From Nitrosopumilus sp. (GTDB lineage Archaea; Thermoproteota; Nitrososphaeria; Nitrososphaerales; Nitrosopumilaceae): a stretch of 64,000 bases of DNA. Below are positions 45,345-56,100 of this stretch, piece by piece (the first letter of the stretch is position 1; every line of letters starts with the position of its first letter). The stretch is taken from positions 1,984,001 to 2,048,000 of the forward strand of contig OZ243974.1 of assembly GCA_965214775.1 (NCBI GenBank), written 5' to 3'. The position numbers and the translations under genes are program-made. A model generated the notes under the pieces. The model made no database searches and was not told where the DNA came from. It worked only from the letters and a program-made list of their open reading frames with translations.

Positions 45345-45345
45345 A

Positions 45346-45558
45346 ATGGCAAAAGGCAAGAAATCCCTAAAAGGCCTGGGTGCAAGATACGGAATCAAGA
45401 TAAGAAAGCAATATACCAAGATTCATCTGCAGCTAAAGGAAAAACGGGCGTGTCCTGAATGTGGCTCAAAGACGCTTGGCAGGGACGCAGTTGGAATCTG
45501 GTCATGTAAAAAATGCAGCTACAAGGTGGCTGGTACTGCATATGACGTTAAGCTATAA
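45346..45558 (+). CDS. rpl37ae: 50S ribosomal protein L37ae
   Basis: GARYG, CPECG, GIWSCKKC. Confidence 0.92.
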   Translation: MAKGKKSLKGLGARYGIKIRKQYTKIHLQLKEKRACPECGSKTLGRDAVGIWSCKKCSYKVAGTAYDVKL

Positions 45559-45787
45559 GGCAAAAATTATTGTCGATGCAAAAGACAAGACACAGGCAAT
45601 TTTTGACTCGGTAAATACCGATAACGAGTTTTATCCGGAAAACCCCGTCAGGACAAAAATCGAGCTTGGCAAGACGCTGGCCATCTCAGTCGAGTCAGAT
45701 CACCTGCCTCATCTGCGCGCAAACCTGAATTCGACGCTGAGGCTGATCCAGGCAAGCCATGAAACCATTGAATCGGTAAAGATATAA
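45542..45787 (+). CDS. pcc1: KEOPS subunit Pcc1-like protein
   Basis: LRANLNS motif; operon position. Confidence 0.75.
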   Translation: MTLSYKAKIIVDAKDKTQAIFDSVNTDNEFYPENPVRTKIELGKTLAISVESDHLPHLRANLNSTLRLIQASHETIESVKI

Positions 45788-45811
45788 CGAAACGATCTTT
45801 TCTGATAAATC

Positions 45812-46225
45812 ATGTCATCAGGACAAATGCCCCCGTGGCTCCAAGAACAGCTAATGAAGATGCAGCAAATACAGCAAAACCTTCAGTCTATCCTGACTCA
45901 GAAGCAGCATCTCGAAATTGAAAAAGCCGAGACCCAAAAGGCATTGGAGGAACTCCGAAAGGCAGGTGACGGTGATGCCGTATTCAAGCATGCAGGGGCA
46001 GTCTTGGTAAAATCCACAAAGCAAGAAATGATTGACGAGCTTGAGGAAAAGCAGGAGCTGGCAAAAACTAGGGCGACTGTGCTTGAAAAACAAGAGGAGC
46101 GCGTCAAGGAAACCCTCAAAGAGCAGGAGGCAAAAATCACCGAACTGATGAAAGGCAAGAATGCAGGCGCTTCTACTTCTACTACTACTCCACCTGCTTC
46201 TGCAGAGGAAAACCCCCGAAGATAG
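45812..46225 (+). CDS. pfdB: prefoldin beta subunit
   Basis: coiled coil with FKHAGAVLVK hairpin. Confidence 0.92.
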   Translation: MSSGQMPPWLQEQLMKMQQIQQNLQSILTQKQHLEIEKAETQKALEELRKAGDGDAVFKHAGAVLVKSTKQEMIDELEEKQELAKTRATVLEKQEERVKETLKEQEAKITELMKGKNAGASTSTTTPPASAEENPRR

Positions 46226-46337
46226 CTTCATTCAAAGATATTCCGCCAAGATCAACTGGCTGAAATTTTGTAACCATATCAGTAGACGCTATATGAAATC
46301 TTATCTGTATCCTGTGATATACTATTACTGTTGGGCC

Positions 46338-46448
46338 TGAGAGTCGATCGGAACTTACCATGTACAAGGGTGTTCAGTAGACTGACTCGTAACAGCAGGC
46401 GGAAAGCAATGTACCGCGCAGAAGACGGTGAATGGAAGATTCCGCCCG
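46338..46448 (+). ncRNA. predicted bridge/seek RNA of IS110 family 2
   Basis: stem GAGTC/GACTC enclosing ATCGGAACT and TCAGTAG; stem GGCGGAA/TTCCGCC enclosing ATGGAAG. Confidence 0.78.
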
Positions 46449-46483
46449 GATCAGGCATTTTGATCAGAAAGGAGGTGATAACA

Positions 46484-47562
46484 TGATCAGCGTAGGAATA
46501 GACGTACACAAAAAGACATGCGTTGCAGCAGTAAAGGATGACTCTGGCAAGCTGCTAGAGCGATCCAAGTTTGAGAACAGCGTTTTGGCAACAACGAATT
46601 TTGCAACATATCTCAAGGAACAATACTGCGGACAGCTGCCAATAAAGGCAGTATGCGAGTCCACTGCCAACTACTGGATTATCGTACATGACACGCTTGA
46701 GGACTGCGGGATAGACACCGTGCTGGTGCATCCGGCAAAGGTCAAGGTGATAGCGCACGCCAAGATAAAGGACGACCGCGTAGATGCAAATATACTTGCC
46801 GACCTGCTCAGAGCAGACATGCTGCCAGAGTCGTTTGTGCCTGACAAGCACTACAGGGACCTCAGAATGCTGGGCAGGACCAGAACCGGCAAGACGGCAG
46901 AAGCCACCAGATGCAAGAACAAGATACACGCCATACTTGCAAAGTATGACTATGACCTGCCCACGCACAGCACGTTTACGATTTCTGCCATACAGCACAT
47001 CCAAGACGGGATAAAAATGTCAGAGATTGACGCGGCAACTGTGAAGATGTACCTTGATGACATCAAGAGGATACAGGATCAGATAAGGGATCTGGAGCGC
47101 AGCATTGCCTCTGTATCCGAAAGCGATACGAGGGCCAAGACGATTATGACCATGCCTGGAATAAGCCATGTCATTGCACTGACGATAATCTCTGAGATAG
47201 TCGATGTCAAGAGGTTTGCCACTCCAGAGAAGCTCGTCTCGTATGCAGGGCTGACTCCCTCGCGCAGGGACAGCGCAGACAGACACAAAGGAGGCGGCAT
47301 AACAAAGCAGGGATCCGTGTGGCTGCGCCAGGCCATGGTCAACTCGGCCACAGTCGCAGTACGAAACGACCCAAGGCTTGGTTCGATATATGAAAGGATA
47401 GGAAAGAGACGTGGATGGCAAAAGGCAAAGATTGCAGTTGCAAGACACATGCTGGAGATAATCTGGCACATGCTGACAACCGAAGAGGAGTACCGCACTC
47501 AGAACAAGGCTCTCACGCAGAGAAAGTATAAGAGGATGCATCGCATAGCAACATTGTCCTGA
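46484..47562 (+). CDS. IS110-family DEDD recombinase
   Basis: GIDVHK, CESTA, KDDRVDA, TMPGI, AGLTPSRRDS; GGAGGTGA ribosome-binding site upstream. Confidence 0.93.
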
Positions 47563-47627
47563 TTCGGAACATCACGCTGGCAAGGGTCCACGGTAGGATT
47601 AGGTACGATTTCATATGGGAGTTCCTA

Positions 47628-48721
47628 TACTGACGATCATTGAAAATTTCGCCTGATTACACGTCTTGTGAAGGTTTATAGATCTCCGCCATGGCCATTC
47701 TGACATGAACAAGACGAAAATCCTCACGGATGCCATGCGTGTGGAAAAGGATAACAGGGTTTATACCAGAATCCTGGCGGTGCGCTCCGTACTGCTTGGC
47801 AACACCACTGCACAGACCGCAGAGATTGCCGACGTGACACAGCGTACCGTACAGATATGGGTCGAGAGGTTTGAGCTTGACGGCGTTGACGGTCTCCGTG
47901 ACTCCCACAACAGGGGCAAAAAGCCAAAGGTCCCAGTCGGCAGGATAAAAAAGATCGCCATGAGGCTGCGCAGGATGGAAAAGCTCACCCCGAAGAAGAT
48001 GCGCAACTGGGTGCACCGCAAACTGCATGTCACATACAGCGTTGGAAGCATCAGAAGAATCCTGCGCACGATGGGATTCTCGCTAAAGACGTCAACCACC
48101 AAGCTGGCAAATGCTGCCGACGCAAAGGCGGTAAGACGGTGGCAAAGGGAGGCAAAAGACACGATTAGGCTTGCAAAAAGGCGCGGATTCAGGATAACCG
48201 TACAGGACGAGTCGATATTCGTCAGTACGGGAAGGGACGGCAAAAAGTTCTGGTCGCCAGTGGGGGACAGGATCGAGGTGCAACGATCCGGCAGAAGGGA
48301 GCGCGTCGTGGTATACGGAACGGTTGCAGACAACGGAACCAGGCTGATGCGCACATACGACAAGTTCAACAGCATAAACTTTGTGCGTTATCTCAAGCAG
48401 GCGCACAAAAAGTGGGGAAAGGTTCTGATTGTGATGGACAACGCAGCACAGCATAAGACCGAAAGGGTCCGCAAATACCTGGAGAAAAATCCTGACGTTA
48501 TCCTGCTGTACCTGCCGGTAGCTAGGCCGGAGCTGAGCGCCATAGAGCCAATCTGGAAGGATGCCAAGTACATGCTGGTCACATCTGCCTTTTACGATTC
48601 GGTAGATCACCTCAAAAGGGATGTCTCGGAATACTTTAGGACGTGTTCCATCAAGGTTGACATCTACAAATATCTTGAGCGCCGCGTGTAAGGGAGGCGA
48701 AATTTTCAATGATCGTCAGTA
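47628..48721 (+). mobile_element. IS630-family element (family B); transposase 47705-48691
   Basis: 26-bp perfect TIR TACTGACGATCATTGAAAATTTCGCC; TA flanks; QDES, DNA, PELSAIE. Confidence 0.92.
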
Positions 48722-48723
48722 TA

Positions 48724-48883
48724 GTCCACCTCCCGTCCTTGCTTGTTATCTCGTGCAGGAACGCGGTTCCCGCCGGCAGTTCCTTCCTTCCTTTCATACG
48801 TCTGTATGGGACTGGCAGGATCTTGGATCCTTTGGTTGAAGAAAATCGTCCCTTTTGTGATCAATTGGTAGCCGAGGATACTA
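48724..48883 (-). mobile_element. 5' remnant of IS630 family C
   Basis: homologous to 55440-55588. Confidence 0.8.
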
Positions 48884-49041
48884 CGGAATCTCCCATTCAC
48901 CGCCTGCGCGGCACGTTGCTTTCCGCCTGCTACTGCGAGTCAGCCTACTGAGCACCCTTGTACATGGCAAGTTCCGATCGACTCTCAGGCCCAACAGTAA
49001 TGTTGGATCACAGGATACGGATAAGATTTCATATAGCGTCT
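48884..49041 (-). mobile_element. IS110 family-2 upstream end with a second bridge-RNA copy (recombinase lost)
   Basis: reverse-complement homolog of 46284-46445; junction ...CT|ACTGA. Confidence 0.88.
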
Positions 49042-49282
49042 ACTGAGATGGGCGATTATTTGAGATAGACACGGCGTACGGTTGTAACAGGTCGGGCTCT
49101 GGAAGCTCAGGCGTGAATCTTGCAATCCCGGAGGTCACTAGGGCAGCACCTCCAACCAGCAGGCTGATTTGGAAGAATCACAACACATAAAGATCGTTGG
49201 ATCTGCCTTTCCGGTATTGATCGGGGATCCTAGCATTACGGACGTGGATTGGAACAATCCCGACGTGATCCGCCTGTTTGAA

Positions 49283-49406
49283 CACATGAAGTCCAGGATG
49301 GAGGCAGTTGAAAGAGAAAACCTGCACATGAAGTCCAGGATGGAGGCAGTTGAAAGAGAAAACCTGCACATGAAGTCCAGGATGGAGGCAGTTGAAAGAG
49401 AAAACG
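49283..49406 (+). repeat. 42-bp tandem repeat x3 (HMKSRMEAVERENL) in the IS66 coiled coil
   Basis: seen directly in the sequence. Confidence 0.92.
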
Positions 49407-49414
49407 AACAGCTA

Positions 49415-51602
49415 TAGCAATGATCAGAAGTCTTTGAGCCAAAACGGGATCATTCGAAAAGTATATGGATCGCCTAACCGGCGCAATGGCATGGCAAAAG
49501 AAACAGACAAAAGCCTGTCAGAGGCCATGCGCAAAGAAAAGGATGTCAAAGTCTACAAGAAGATCATGGCGCTGATGTTTGTGCTAGAAGACGACGTGGG
49601 CGTGCCTGAGACTGCAAGAAGGGTCCGGTGCAGTGAGAATTCCGTGCGCAGCCGGCCGGCGAGGTTTTCGGAGGACGGCATGGACTGCCTCCGGGATCTT
49701 CCCCGTTCCGGATGCAGGCCAAAGGTGGACAGAGAAAATATTGCCGCCATAATGGACCTGTTCACTGCATGCAAAAGTACCGATGTTATGACGGTACGCG
49801 ATGACATAAGGGATGCCACCGGGACAGAATACAGCACAGGACATGTCCGGAGAATGATGCGCCAGCACGGCCTGTCGCGCCGCAAGGTGCAAAACGTGCA
49901 TGTCAACCATGCCACCCCAAGCTCCGTATACTCGTGGCAACGGTATCTTGAAAACGTGCGGATTCCGTGCCTGAAAAGAGAGGGTTTTACGCTGGTGTCA
50001 TCTGATGAGGCGTTCTTCGTGCAGGGCGCATACGACAGATACGTGTGGGGTCCGGTCGGCACCAGAAGCGTGGCATCATATTCGGTGGACCACACAAAGG
50101 TGGCCGTGTTTGGAAGCATCACAGAAGACGGCAGAAGGCTGTTCAGGACGTTTACGGGATCGTTTAGGTCAGTGCAGTTCATACAATGTCTGGAGGCGTT
50201 GCGCGCCAAGTTTGGCAAGGTTGCCGTCTTTTGCGACAGGTGGAGTGTGCACAGATCTATTGACATCGCAGAATATCTGGCAGGTCATCCCGATATCAGG
50301 CTGATAATGATCCCGAAGGGATCGCCGTACCTCAATATCGTGGAAGAATGCTGGAACCTGGGCAAGCCTGTCGTTTTCAGGGGGATAGTGTACAGGAAAA
50401 TCAGCGAGCTGCGGCACACCATATCCGAGTACTACAGGACGGTGTCGTTTGCCCACCTTAGCATGTTCTATTGTACGAAAATTAGGTCGCACTAATTTGA
50501 GGAGGATTGCAGGGGATTACTTTAGGCTTTACCGATCAAGAAAACCGATGGTTGTAAGGCTCGAGGCAAAGCAGATCAGATACGCAGTGACGCAATGTGC
50601 AGGGGGACGAAAGCCCTCGGAGGTGGCCCCGGAGATAGGCGTCACGACAAGGCACGTCCAGCGGATGTATGCCCGGTTCAGGAAGACAGGCGACACGCAC
50701 CACGTGCCGCTCAAGCCGGGAAGGAAAAAGAGCGCCCCGGTTCCCGACGGGGACGTGCGCGCAGTCCTGGAGGAGTACAAACACAGTGCAGCAGGGGTGG
50801 TTCATACGGCCAAGAGGCTGCGAAGGCAACTCGATATAAGCTACTACGAGGTATACAGGATAATGAAAGAAAACGGGCTGGTGACGCCATCGGCTGCAAA
50901 ATCAATGCCCAGAAAATACGTCCGCTTTGAGCGCAAATACTCCAATGCCATGTGGCACGTGGACTGGCATACCATGAAGGATCCGCGCTTTGCAGGGCTC
51001 AATTTGGTCACGTTCCTAGACGACTCGTCCAGGTGCGTGACTGGTGCGGGCCTGTTCAGGGAGGCCACCTCAGAAAACGTCGTGGCGGTCCTGCGGCAGG
51101 CCGTGGCCCAGTTCGGCGCGCCTGCCACCATACTCTCAGACAACGGCAAGTGCTTTGTCGGGGCGCGCTCGGATCCGAAGAAGAAGAAGAGTCCGCCCAA
51201 GGGCGGATGGAGGCCCACTGCCTTTGAGGAGGAGCTGCTCAACTGCGAAATCGGGCTGATAAACTCCAGGCCGTATCACCCGCAGACCAATGGCAAACTG
51301 GAGAGATTCCACAGGAGCATCGAGGAGGAGATATGGAACCACAAGAGTCTGTCTGCATACATCGACTACTATAACGAGGACAGGCTGCACTGGTCGCTTG
51401 ACATCGACAACTACGAGACGCCGCTGCGGGCATTCTCCGACAGGGAGGCCACAGAAGCGATCAGGAAAAGCAACCCAAGATGGATGGAGGAGGACATTGG
51501 TGATGGTGCGACATAATTTTCATATAATACACCCACCTTAGCATGTACAAGTACATTTACAGATCGCCGGTCAAAGCCCTCAATTACTTGTGACCGTTGC
51601 TA
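49415..51602 (+). mobile_element. IS630 family A copy interrupted by IS481
   Basis: highly similar to 7487-8597; TA flanks. Confidence 0.9.
50467..51531 (+). mobile_element. IS481-family element; transposase 50548-51516
   Basis: TIRs; 15-bp direct repeat CCCACCTTAGCATGT. Confidence 0.9.
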
Positions 51603-51884
51603 TACGGCACGCGCATCATCGGAATAATCGCGTTTCTCCGCTGCATGTGCCTATCCTTTGAAAGGATCCAGATCATACTGCATACGCTTCACGGTGCATA
51701 CATACCAACGTCCACCATCATCCGTCTGTGCGACGTCTCGGCAACCAGGATGAAGCCCGTATATGACGGCATCCTGGAGGAGATACGGCACTCAGAATCA
51801 GTCGCAGGCGACGAGACAGGCTGGTTTCTCAACGGGACGGGCCACTGGGTATGGGTGCTTGTGACTAAATTTTCGGCATTCTAC

Positions 51885-51995
51885 GTAACAGGTCGGGCTC
51901 TGGAAGTTCAGGCGCGAGTTTTGCCATCTCGGGGAGGCCTCCCATGTAGATTCGTGCCTAAAATCAGGAGCAGCTTCCAGAGCCTGACCTGTTAC
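51885..51995. mobile_element. 111-bp IS66-derived MITE (GTAAC family)
   Basis: TIRs; 8-bp TSD CATTCTAC. Confidence 0.92.
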
Positions 51996-52231
51996 CATTC
52001 TACCACATAGCGCCGTCCCGCTCAGGCGACGTCATAGATTCGCTGATGGCCGCCTTTGAGGGTATCGTATCCTCTGACTCGTATTCTGTGTGGAACCGCA
52101 TCGGCGGCAAGCACCAAAAGTGCCTCCTGCACTACTTTCGGGACATGTACCTGACGCTGGAGAAGAACCCTGGCGCCGAGTACGGCACGCTGTTTTGCAG
52201 GCTCCGCGACATTCTAAAGGACGCAATAGAG

Positions 52232-52322
52232 GTAAGAGTTTACCCCTCAGGCTGTACTACTGGCCGGAGCCTTCATGGTCACGCCTACCACGTCGTATCT
52301 TGGGGGAGGGGTAAACTCTTAC
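52232..52322. mobile_element. 91-bp IS66-type MITE (GTAAG family), inserted in frame
   Basis: TIRs; 8-bp TSD CAATAGAG. Confidence 0.92.
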
Positions 52323-53187
52323 CAATAGAGATGGGCAGGGCCACGCCCGGGGAGGTGGAGTGCCTCAAGCACCGCATACACAGGCTTGCGTCTGCCGCGT
52401 ACACGGACAGGGACTGCATCCGGTATACAAAGCGCCTCAAGAGGGAGATCAACGACCTGTTTACGTTCCTGGAGCATGACGTCGTGAAATACCACAACAA
52501 CGACAGCGAGAGGGCGCTGCGCATGATTGCAGTGATACGGAAGATCCTGTTCGGGAATAGGTCCGAGAAGGGCATGAGGATGACTGAGACCCTGTGCACC
52601 GTGTATGTCACGTGCGAGCTGCGCGGCGTCAACTTTTGCACGTTCGTAACGGACTATCTTGACGGCAGGGTCACGGAGATCCCGATGCCGGCAGACCAGT
52701 GCGTCGGCGCGATAGCAGCGGCAACATAACCGGCAAAAGCATGGCAGGCACTCCTGCAGGCGCACCATGAAATCAATTCGGATACGCAGGACTGCTGCTA
52801 CCATGCAAGTAACATGATGATGATGATGATGATGGCAGCAAGCGGTGTGCGATACGAGGATTCGTTCCGATCCGGCGCGCAGCTGCAGTCCTGATTCCCA
52901 AAAGACATGACAGATTGTGCCAAAATCCAGCTTCCAGAGCCCGATCAGACAGATTCGTGCCTGGAATCAGGAACAGCTTCCAGAGCCCGACCTGTTACGA
53001 ATTTGGAGTCATGAAAAAACAGGACGCTATTCAGATAAAGCGTGTAAATGGTGTGGAAACAAAAAAACGTACAGATTAAACCAATCAGGTGGAATTACGC
53101 AACAACCAGATCTGATCCGTTGATGGGGCATAACTTACTACTAGATTGCAGGGATCACTTTTATAGAATTACTTTTATGAAAAACCA

Positions 53188-56100
53188 ATGATTGGCAAGA
53201 CGCTACTGGGACTGTTCTTGGCAATCGGATTATCTGCAATGCCCGCATTTGCAGAAACTGACACTCCTTACAAACAGTTTCAAAGTGGTATCGCGCTAGA
53301 GGAGATACAGTGCCGGGATTCAAAGACGCTGATGGAGACCACGCGCGGAACGCCTGCGTGCGTCAGCGCTGATTCCGTGCAAGAGCTGCGGCAGAAGGGC
53401 TGGACAGCGGTACGGCAGCAAGGCCATCCGGACATGCCAGCCGAGCCACATGCAAAAACGATAACCACCAGAAACACGGACGAACCGCTGATGGCATACT
53501 CTGGACTGGGATTTTCCTGGCCCCAATACAGCGTCACGTTTCCAGAGCAGGTCAGAATAGGCGAGCAGTTTGAGGTGGTGATCGACTATACGTTCATCAT
53601 ACCAGTCCTTGACGACGACGAGCACGGCGTAGAGTTTCTGAGCTACGAGGAGTCCGAGAGATATTGTACCGAGGAATGCCTGGAGCGTATAGAGTGGCTG
53701 GGTTCGAAGTTCTATATAGACAGAAATGTGTATGTTGATCTCATAAACGCCACAGACTACGTGTTCAAAAGACAGGGAAACGACACCAGGCATCTTCCCA
53801 TCAGGGGATTTGAGTACGGCACGATACCTCCCATACTCAACGGCACGCATCCGCAGCAAAAGACGCTCACGTTTGCAATCAACGAGCCCGATACCGAGTA
53901 CCCCTTTGGAGAAATAAGCATAGGCTTTGCTGGCGATATGGGGGGATGGATCTACTTTTACGTCGAACCCGACAACACCGTCCGCCTCAGCGACGAACCG
54001 ATCGTCGTTGAAGACGAGGGAATTCCACGACTGGGACTGAACATACCGGACCGTCCTCCCAGAGCTCCCCTTGAGGATCCGTTGAGTGGAGTGAGCAACC
54101 CGGAGGAGCTAATGCATGATCTGGCAGCGTTCTTCGAGGTGCTATACCCAGAAGTCAGCGCGGAGGACGAGATGCGCCAGGCAAACTTTCCAGAGGAGTT
54201 CATCGACAAGTTCTTTGGGCTGTATCCAGACCTGAGAATACAGTCCCATGCGCCTACACTGCAATTCATACTGCCGTCTGCGCATGCCCAGCCATCCCCC
54301 ACTTCTTTTGTTTACGGAAATGCGTATTACTATGATAGTGACGACAACATAGTCCCCTTGAAAAGTACGGAAGTATGCGCCTACACAAAACCCCACCGAA
54401 CTTTTGAGCCGGTTTACAATGGCCAGACGCATATATGCGACAAGACCAATACGTAGTATCTACGTCAGCCATTTGTTCATCTTTACCACCTTTATCTCGC
54501 CCCTGCGCGTCATACTGCGCAGTGATCTCTGCATCTCCTTGACGGTCTTGTAAAGGCAGTTTGAAGTCGCCTTTTTGAACCCGCGCCACTGCCCCTCCGA
54601 GTTGTTAAGCTCCGGCGCGTACGGCGGCAGGTACTTTAGCACCACGTCTCCGTTCCACTTGGCCATCTTTCTATTGAGTTCTGCTGACTTGTGGTACGAT
54701 GCGTTGTCGACAAACAACAACACCTTGCCGTACTTGCGGCGCAGTGTCCTGAGAAACTTGTAGAATGTTCCCGTGTTGGCCTTTTCGTAAAAGCGATAGT
54801 CAAACCTGTTTCTTGAGAGGGCCCCTATGACATAGAACCGCTTCCTAGACAGGCTGACGGGCGTATAGACCGGCTCTCCTACGGGGTACCAGCTGTTCTT
54901 GACGTTCCATCCCAGTATGAACATGGACTCGTCGCCTATCATTACCGTGTACCCCTTTTTTGAATAGTACTTTGCGCTCTGCCTAGCTTTTTTTTTGAAC
55001 TCCTTTTTCTCGGATTCTGAGGCTGATTTTGGGTGTTTTGGCCTGGGCTTTCTGCATGAGAAGCCGATTCTGTGCAGCAGGTCGTACATGCTCGTTTCTG
55101 CATACGTGATGCCGAACTTCTTTTTGACGTGGGCAATGACCAGTGGCCCTGTCCATGTTGTGGCCTTAAAGCCGCAGTTGTCCGGGCCCTTGATCAGGTC
55201 TGCGCGCAGCCGTTCAAGCTGTTTCTTGTCGAGCCTGCACGGGGCGCCATGCTTTATGTCAAACCTGCCCTCCAGGCCATGCTTGTGCGCACGCACCAGC
55301 CAGTATCGTACGGTTCCATACGGCCTGCTCAGCTTCTCGGCAATATCATATATGCTCGCGCCGCACTTTCTCATGTGGTATGCAAGGAGCCGGATTGCCG
55401 CCTTGGCGTCCTTCTCGGACTTGTGCATCCTAAAAAGCTCGTCCTTGCTTGCTATCCCGTACAGGAACGCTGTTCCCGTCGGTAATTCCTTCTTTCCTTT
55501 CATGTGTATATATGGGACTAATAGCTCTTAGATCCTTTGGTTGAAAAAAATTGTCCTTTTTGTGATCAATTGGTAGCCGAGGATACTACGTCCGGCTACT
55601 TTGCACTCCTTTTTGTTCCACGAGGTATTAACTTGTATCTTGGCGTGCATACTGAAACCGACTACGTTAGAGTTGCCAAATACTTTAGCAGTCCACACAT
55701 TCACTACTCTTCTTCACCTGTTGCTATTACAAGTGGAATAGCAAGCACAGGTGACTTTGCTATACCCTCAAGCGGAGTGAGTTTCATTGTGTTTAAAGTG
55801 TTGAGAGAACTTGGTGCCATAGACCAGTGGTACAAAGACACTTTTAGGTATGATCCTCCCTTTGTGACCGCAAACTGGAGTTCAGAAGGATGCCGTGTGG
55901 GCCCAGGCGCACAAGGTACCACGATGTATCTTGCGCATACACACAAGTTCGACCATAATGGACAACCTGAACCGTGTGAAGGCACAGTCACATCAATCAC
56001 CCACCCTGACACCATAGCTCATGAGTTTGCGCACATTGTCTTTTTTGATCATTATAATTTGCAAAATTCCCGTTATCCGTACTCTGCAATAAACAATCCA

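Larger units (their letters stand above)
46286..47621 (+). mobile_element. IS110/IS1111-type element family 2, complete
   Basis: core AG at 46284-46285 and 47620-47621; subterminal IR ATATGAAATC / GATTTCATAT. Confidence 0.88.
49084..52998 (+). mobile_element. IS66-family element with disrupted transposase, carrying nested IS630, IS481 and two MITEs
   Basis: TIR GTAACAGGTCGGGCTCTGGAAGCT; GDETGW, SDSYS, CLLH and NNDSERALR fragments. Confidence 0.88.

Noticed and set aside
49283-49406. possible CRISPR array
   Set aside because: contiguous 42-bp in-frame tandem repeat with no spacers, inside an IS66 coiled coil
55537-55590. independent start of a 1338-aa gene
   Set aside because: the first codons derive from the IS630 end; the ORF is the 3' part of the 53188 gene
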